Source: Candidatus Cloacimonadota bacterium
GTDB taxonomy: Bacteria; Cloacimonadota; Cloacimonadia; JGIOTU-2
DNA: 64,000 nt
Assembly (NCBI GenBank): GCA_030613025.1
Contig: JAUWMT010000008.1
Coordinates: forward strand, 3,318-67,317
Direction: 5' to 3'
Shown here: one piece after another, positions 58,115 through 64,000 of the stretch
Layout of the letters: the number at the start of each line of letters is the position of its first letter
How positions within the stretch are numbered: position 1 is the stretch's first letter
The notes under the pieces: generated by a model
Database searches by the model: none
What the model was told of the DNA's origin: nothing
What the model saw: only the letters and a program-made list of their open reading frames with translations
Made by a program: the position numbers and the translations under genes

Positions 58115-58231
58115 AAATAAATTGATTTATTTAATCAACGAAAATCAGTTCAATCTGCGTGGTTCTGCTTGCCGGGGCTTATTCCGATTTATCGGAAGAA
58201 GACGGGCGTGCTATTTCCTTAGGAGGTTAAG

Positions 58232-58711
58232 ATGAAAATCGGTTTTGGGTATGATGTTCATAAGTTAGTAGAGGGCAGACCTCTTATACTTGGTGGTGTG
58301 CACATCCCTTTTGAAAAAGGTTTGCTTGGTCATTCAGACGCAGATGCTCTTATTCATGCAATAATCGATAGTTTGCTGGGAGCCGCAAACCTTGGGGATA
58401 TTGGTACTCATTTTCCGGATAATGATGAAGCATATAGAGATATTTCCAGTATCATACTTCTTGAAAAAATACCTGAGCTTTTGAAGGAGTCAAAGTATAC
58501 AATCGTGAATATTGATGCAACTGTGGTTTTAGAAAAACCGAAGCTGATTCCATATATTGCTGATATGAAGGAAATTATTGCTGACAAACTTGACATAGAA
58601 AGCGCACAAATCTCGATAAAAGCTACTCGAGAAGAGGGGATGGGTTTTGTAGGAAAAGGCGAAGGCATAAAGGTTTTCGCTGTGTGTTTGATCGAAGATT
58701 TTAATATATGA
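58232..58711 (+). CDS. ispF: 2-C-methyl-D-erythritol 2,4-cyclodiphosphate synthase
   Basis: [22 protein letters not shown]. Confidence 0.97.
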   Translation: MKIGFGYDVHKLVEGRPLILGGVHIPFEKGLLGHSDADALIHAIIDSLLGAANLGDIGTHFPDNDEAYRDISSIILLEKIPELLKESKYTIVNIDATVVLEKPKLIPYIADMKEIIADKLDIESAQISIKATREEGMGFVGKGEGIKVFAVCLIEDFNI

Positions 58712-59964
58712 TAAAGAATAAGCATGTAGATATTATAATAAAGAATGCAAGCCAGCTTGTAACAGCAGCTTCAGATGTACCCAAAACTGGATTAGAATTG
58801 CAGGATTTGGGTATTATCGAAGATGGTGCTATTGGTATTGTTGATGGGATGATCACTTGTATTGGAAAAACTGATGAAATTTTAGAATCCTACACAGCAA
58901 AAACAATTATCGATGCTTCTCATAAAGTTGTCATGCCAGGATTTGTGGATCCGCATACTCACCCAATATTTGTAAATACTCGTGAAAACGAATTTGAGAT
59001 GCGCCTACAGGGAAAATCGTATAAAGAGATTTCGCAAACAGGAGGGGGAATACGGGCAAGCATTAAAGATGTGAGGAATGCATCTTTAGAAGAACTTATT
59101 GAACTTGGACTCAAACGTATAAACAAAATGCTGGAGATGGGCACAACCACGATCGAGGCAAAGAGCGGGTATGGACTCACCACAGAATCTGAAATAAAAA
59201 TGCTCAAAGCGTTAAAGAAAATCAATGAAATTTCAGATATGGAGATCATCCCAACATTTCTTGGAGCTCATGAGTATCCTGAAGAATACAAAGATGACCA
59301 CGAAACATACATTGATATTCTCATAAATGAAATGCTTCCAGCAGTTAAAGAGCAGAATTTAGCTGAATATTGTGATATTTTCTGTGAAGAGCATGTTTTT
59401 ACAGTGGATGAATCCCGAAGAATTCTGAATGCTGCAAAGGAACTTGGCTTCAAAATCCGATTTCATGCAGATGAACTCGAACCAATTGGCGGAGCCGAAT
59501 TAGCAGCAGAAGTGAATGCAGTTTCTGCTGATCATCTTGTTGCAATTTCTGATGAAGGAATTCTAAAATTAAAGGAAGCGGGCGTTATACCCATTTTACT
59601 TCCTGCAACTACGTTCAGTCTTGGGCTTTCAAGATATGCTCCAGCACGAGAAATGATCGATGCAGGTTTACCGGTAGCTCTTTCTACAGATTTTAATCCA
59701 GGTTCATGCAATTGCGATTCACAGCAGTTCGTCACGAGCTTGGCTTGCCTTCAAATGAAAATGCTACCTGCTGAAGCTATCAATGCAGTAACTATCAATG
59801 CAGCTCATTCCCTGGAAAGGGGTAAACTTATTGGATCACTTGAGGTTGGTAAGCAGGCGGATGTTATTATTCTGGACATGCCGACCTATCAATATTTACC
59901 ATATCATCTAGGAAGCAACACAGTGGAAACTGTGATCAAAAAAGGTAAAATAATAAAAAATTAA
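58708..59964 (+). CDS. hutI: Imidazolonepropionase
   Basis: [34 protein letters not shown]. Confidence 0.95.
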   Translation: MIKNKHVDIIIKNASQLVTAASDVPKTGLELQDLGIIEDGAIGIVDGMITCIGKTDEILESYTAKTIIDASHKVVMPGFVDPHTHPIFVNTRENEFEMRLQGKSYKEISQTGGGIRASIKDVRNASLEELIELGLKRINKMLEMGTTTIEAKSGYGLTTESEIKMLKALKKINEISDMEIIPTFLGAHEYPEEYKDDHETYIDILINEMLPAVKEQNLAEYCDIFCEEHVFTVDESRRILNAAKELGFKIRFHADELEPIGGAELAAEVNAVSADHLVAISDEGILKLKEAGVIPILLPATTFSLGLSRYAPAREMIDAGLPVALSTDFNPGSCNCDSQQFVTSLACLQMKMLPAEAINAVTINAAHSLERGKLIGSLEVGKQADVIILDMPTYQYLPYHLGSNTVETVIKKGKIIKN

Positions 59965-59978
59965 ATGGATTATCGACT

Positions 59979-61598
59979 ATGAAAAAACAGATTTTTATTA
60001 TAATTTTAATCATCCTTCTTCCTTTCATTCTCTTTGCACAGTCGAAGATGAGTATTGATCAGTCATCTTATCAGATGATTCAATACAGTGTGTCTGTGGT
60101 TGGAAATGTAGTCAATCCTGGAACCTACACTTTATCACCGATCAAGAGGATTTCTGACGCCATTCAAACTGCGAATTCAGCCCCAATTGATTCTGTTACG
60201 GTTGAGATCAGAGAGCTGTTAAATAATTCTTCATCAAGAAATATTACAATCAAAAGGAAGAATGAAAGCATTCATGTGGATTTGGAGAGATTCCTGCGTT
60301 ATGGAGATGATAAGCATAATCCCTATATTCAGGATGGAGATATCATTATAGTTCCTGCAATTGAGCAAAAGGTTACAATATCAGGTTCAGTGAATAGGGG
60401 TGGCGAGTTCGAGCTCGTAAAAAATGATCGTATTATGGATATTGTAATGCTTTCGATGGGATTATCCGACAATGCATATTTGAATAAGGCGGAAGTAGTA
60501 AGATTTATTAACCAAAGTGATTCAACTGAAATTATTGAAGTTAATTTATTTGAAATACTTAATAATCCCTCAAGTGAGGAAAATTTATTTTTAGAGAATG
60601 ATGATAGAATTTTTATTAAATCAATTCCTGAATATCATAAGAGAAAACGATTAGGCGTATCTGTTTTTGGTGCTGTTATTAATGGAGGTGAATTTGATTT
60701 AACAGAAGGATATAGATTATACGATGCAATTGCTGTTGCAGGAGGATTAAGGGATGATGCCTATTTAGATAAAGCAGAGGTAGTAAGATTTATTAATGAT
60801 TCTGATTCGACAAAGATCATTAATATTAATCTTTATAAGGTTATTGAAAATCCTGAATTCCCAGATAATTTACTACTTGAGAATGATGATAGAATTTTTA
60901 TTAAATCAATTCCTGAATATCATAGACAATTTAATATTTCAATAATGGGAGAGGTAAAGTTTCCTGGAACATATGCTATTATTGATCAAAAAACAACTCT
61001 TCGTGATGTTTTGATTGAAGCTGGCGGACCAACTCAAAAAGCTGATCTTCTAAATGCCTATCTTCAAAGAAGGAGCAGAGAAGATGTTGTTGATCCGGAA
61101 TTTGAACGATTAAAATTAATGCTTGTGGAAGATATGACCCCTCTTGAATATGAATATTTCAAGACAAAATCTCGTGAATTAAGAGGGAAATTTGCAACTA
61201 ATTTTCCGAAACTTTGGCTTGAGAACGATCCCGAGTTTAATTTCTTACTTAAGACTGGTGATTACATCTATATTCCAGATAAAACTGTAACAGTTACCAT
61301 ATCAGGACAGGTAAAAAATCCGGGCTTGGTCACTTTTGTAGAAGGTAAGAATTATCTCTATTATATTAATAAAGCAGGTGGCTTTGCCTGGCGAGCTCGT
61401 AAGGGCAAGATACGTCTAATTAAAGCAAACACAGGTGAGTGGTTGAAACCTAATGAGAATACTCCAGTAGAAGTTGGCGACATGGTTTTCATTCCCGAAA
61501 AACCGGAAATTGATTATTGGGATTTGACAAAGGATATAATGACTATTGCAGCACAGATAGCAACCGTAATAATTGTGATACAAAACACAGTTAAGTAA
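59979..61598 (+). CDS. SLBB-repeat polysaccharide export protein (Wza/KpsD-like)
   Basis: Signal peptide; repeated V.G.V..PG.Y/F...D.I.IP SLBB units. Confidence 0.85.
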   Translation: MKKQIFIIILIILLPFILFAQSKMSIDQSSYQMIQYSVSVVGNVVNPGTYTLSPIKRISDAIQTANSAPIDSVTVEIRELLNNSSSRNITIKRKNESIHVDLERFLRYGDDKHNPYIQDGDIIIVPAIEQKVTISGSVNRGGEFELVKNDRIMDIVMLSMGLSDNAYLNKAEVVRFINQSDSTEIIEVNLFEILNNPSSEENLFLENDDRIFIKSIPEYHKRKRLGVSVFGAVINGGEFDLTEGYRLYDAIAVAGGLRDDAYLDKAEVVRFINDSDSTKIININLYKVIENPEFPDNLLLENDDRIFIKSIPEYHRQFNISIMGEVKFPGTYAIIDQKTTLRDVLIEAGGPTQKADLLNAYLQRRSREDVVDPEFERLKLMLVEDMTPLEYEYFKTKSRELRGKFATNFPKLWLENDPEFNFLLKTGDYIYIPDKTVTVTISGQVKNPGLVTFVEGKNYLYYINKAGGFAWRARKGKIRLIKANTGEWLKPNENTPVEVGDMVFIPEKPEIDYWDLTKDIMTIAAQIATVIIVIQNTVK

Positions 61599-61623
61599 AC
61601 TATGATAAATTATTGATTGGAAT

Positions 61624-62736
61624 ATGAATCTTGAAAAGGAACAAATGAAAAGAATAAATCTATCAGATATTATTAAAAAGATATGGAAAAGGAAAATTTT
61701 AATAATTATTATTGTGGTGATTGTAGCAATTTTGTCATCTATTATAAGTCTTTTTTTACCACAGAAGTTTGTTGCCACATCGACTATTCTCATACCCGAT
61801 AGTGAGTCTAGTACTCTAATGGGTTTAAATGCCAATTTGTCAGCTTTTGGTCTTGGAGATGTGCTGTCGGGTGATCAAGATAAAATGAAGCTATTAGCAA
61901 TTTTACACAGCAATCAACTTTATAATGCTCTTGATAAAAAATTTGACCTTCAACAAAAATATGGTACTCTTTACCGAGAATATACTTTTGACAGAATAAG
62001 GAAAAACCTAAGAATCCAAGAAGGTGATCAAGAGCAGATCATAATTTCAATGATCGATAAAGACCAAAAAATAGTTGCTGAAATGGTAAATTTTGTTGTA
62101 TATTGTTTGGACAGTCTTAATATATCTCTTACAACAAAAAAAGCAACAAATAATCGGCTCTTTATTGAGACAAGAGTTGATATCGTTAAAGATAGCTTGC
62201 GATTTGTACAAACTTTATTGTCGGATTATATGAAAAAAAATGATATTATAAGTATTCCCGATCAAGTTAAATATGGGATTGAAAATGCTTCAGCAATGAA
62301 AGCAAAAATATCAATAAAAAAAATTGAATTAGCCTTGCGATTACAAAATTATTCTGAGGATTCTCCAAATTTAATAATGTTAAAGGATGAGATTGAACTC
62401 CTTCAGCAAGAATATGATAAATATTTTTACAAAGATAATAACCTTTTTATTAGTTTTCATGATGTGCCTCAGTTGCAAATGACATATTTAGAATTAGAAA
62501 ATCGGATATTATATTTGTCAAAATTACTTGAATATGTTGGGACTCAATTTGAAAAATCAAAAATAGATGAGGCAAAAGATATCCCGACAATCCAAATTTT
62601 AGATAAAGCAGTAAAGCCAAATATAAGATATAGCCCGAAGCGAGTAAGAATAGTTATCATGTCATGTTTTATGGCATTTCTTATTATAGCGTTCTTAATA
62701 TTAATTATTGAAAATCATAATTCGAGAAATGGATAA
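61624..62736 (+). CDS. Wzz/GNVR-type polysaccharide chain-length determinant
   Basis: Two TM helices flanking a coiled coil; IQILDKAVKP...SPKR. Confidence 0.85.
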   Translation: MNLEKEQMKRINLSDIIKKIWKRKILIIIIVVIVAILSSIISLFLPQKFVATSTILIPDSESSTLMGLNANLSAFGLGDVLSGDQDKMKLLAILHSNQLYNALDKKFDLQQKYGTLYREYTFDRIRKNLRIQEGDQEQIIISMIDKDQKIVAEMVNFVVYCLDSLNISLTTKKATNNRLFIETRVDIVKDSLRFVQTLLSDYMKKNDIISIPDQVKYGIENASAMKAKISIKKIELALRLQNYSEDSPNLIMLKDEIELLQQEYDKYFYKDNNLFISFHDVPQLQMTYLELENRILYLSKLLEYVGTQFEKSKIDEAKDIPTIQILDKAVKPNIRYSPKRVRIVIMSCFMAFLIIAFLILIIENHNSRNG

Positions 62737-64000
62737 TGAACACAAGTTCTCAAACCATAAAAAAAAAATTCATTTTATCAGGAATTATTGCTGCTTCCTT
62801 TCCTTTAGTAATAATCTTTTTTAACAATATTGAACTAATAAGAAGTTTTCTTTTTTTCTTTATACTTTTATATATAGTATATATAATTTCTTATAATTTT
62901 TCCGAAAAAAATAGTGATAACAACCTTTTATACATACTCATTTTTTCATTTATTTTTCGAGCTTTTATTGCTTATACTACATCAATAATTTTTAAATTAG
63001 ATGAGACCTATATGCCCGATGTACGAATGTATCATACGCAGATGACAAATATAGCTCATTCGTTTTTAAACTTTTCTCGACCAATTATAAAAATACATAG
63101 CCTTGGAGTTATGACATATTCCTATTTGGGATCATTTATATATTATATTTTTGGTTCTTCAATGCTCCTAATGAAATTATTTAACTCCTTTATCGGAATG
63201 CTATTGGTTCTGAATGTATATAGAATAACTCATTTGTTTTCAAATAAAAAAACAGCTCTCATATCATCGGCGCTTATTGCATTTTGGCCATCTGTCGCTT
63301 TCTGGGCAAGCCAGAACCTTAGAGATTCATTAATGGTTCTATCAATCTCACATGTTATATACTTTTTCATTAAAGGTAAAGTATCAAAAGAAAAAAAATA
63401 TTTTGCATTCATCGTTTTTCCTTTGATTGGTTGTTTATTATTTCGTTATTACATCGGTATTATTATCACTACAATTTTATTAATTATTTTATTGCTACAA
63501 CTTGCTAAAGTTAATAACTATTTACGAATTTTCAGTTACTTAATTCTGATAACCTTATTTGGATTTATGTTAAAAATTTTAATGGAATATATTCCTTCAA
63601 TTATTGCTCTATTCAATTTTAGGAGAAATTATTTAGCAGCTGGCGGGTCTGCTTTTTTAACAAATGTTCAATACTCAAATTTTGGTCAGATGTTACTATT
63701 TATTCCTTTTGGTCTTGTCTATTTTTTGTTTTCACCTTTTCCAGGTAGTGCGGATAATATAATGCAGTTATTTTCTTCATTAGAAAACATCATTTTTTAC
63801 ATAATTTTTCTTTTTGCAATTGGAGGGATGTATAAGTTGATTAAAGACAAGAAATTTAAGTTAACTTATTTTCTTAGTATTATAATACTTTCAATATCTT
63901 TATTTTATAGTGTCATTGAAGCGAATATAGGTACAGCTTACAGACATAAAATGCAAATTGTTCCTTTTATAATTATTTTTGCGAGTTATTATTTCAGTAA
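62736..64000 (+). CDS. Multi-pass membrane protein (Wzy / GT-C-like), runs off the window
   Basis: ATG overlaps the upstream TAA; very hydrophobic; SQNLRDS and NIGTAYRHKMQIVP; absent from the ORF track because no stop lies in the window. Confidence 0.7.
   Translation, partial: MNTSSQTIKKKFILSGIIAASFPLVIIFFNNIELIRSFLFFFILLYIVYIISYNFSEKNSDNNLLYILIFSFIFRAFIAYTTSIIFKLDETYMPDVRMYHTQMTNIAHSFLNFSRPIIKIHSLGVMTYSYLGSFIYYIFGSSMLLMKLFNSFIGMLLVLNVYRITHLFSNKKTALISSALIAFWPSVAFWASQNLRDSLMVLSISHVIYFFIKGKVSKEKKYFAFIVFPLIGCLLFRYYIGIIITTILLIILLLQLAKVNNYLRIFSYLILITLFGFMLKILMEYIPSIIALFNFRRNYLAAGGSAFLTNVQYSNFGQMLLFIPFGLVYFLFSPFPGSADNIMQLFSSLENIIFYIIFLFAIGGMYKLIKDKKFKLTYFLSIIILSISLFYSVIEANIGTAYRHKMQIVPFIIIFASYYFS

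Noticed and set aside
1413..63412. Many short antisense or overlapping ORFs in the track (e.g. 12835-13602, 26383-27009, 52404-53024, 33288-33548, 41392-41622)
   Set aside because: They are shadows of well-supported genes or span attC hairpins, with no independent motif support

Overview
AT-rich bacterial chromosome segment; the tRNA-Sec fold and the many secreted proteins with a C-terminal FlgD-Ig/T9SS-type sorting domain (CTD) suggest a Cloacimonadota-like organism (inference). In order: three signal-transduction genes (1-6.2 kb); a DsbD / Omp28-like / TlpA-TonB_C / DUF6029-like barrel cluster followed by CTD proteins (6.5-17.5 kb); an accessory zone (17.9-47 kb) around the selenocysteine genes selC-selA-selB, with a NifS-SelD fusion at its end; the rimP-nusA-infB-rbfA-truB-ribF-ispD-ispF-hutI block; and the start of a polysaccharide export locus. 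Two things are missed by the ORF track. (1) A 640-aa secreted multidomain selenoprotein at 22891-24813 (in-frame UGA in a UxxC redoxin motif, SECIS-like hairpin) lies directly upstream of a short 7/5-type tRNA-Sec. (2) Several integron-type gene cassettes with attC sites are loaded behind up to five separate attI-like leaders with no integrase in the window. They carry candidate anti-phage genes (dGTPase, TIR, SIR2-SEC-C), a protease and a recently amplified, frameshifted 7-blade propeller. Two of these leaders are joined to duplicated 5' fragments of nifS-selD. All product calls come from motif recognition by eye, not database searches.
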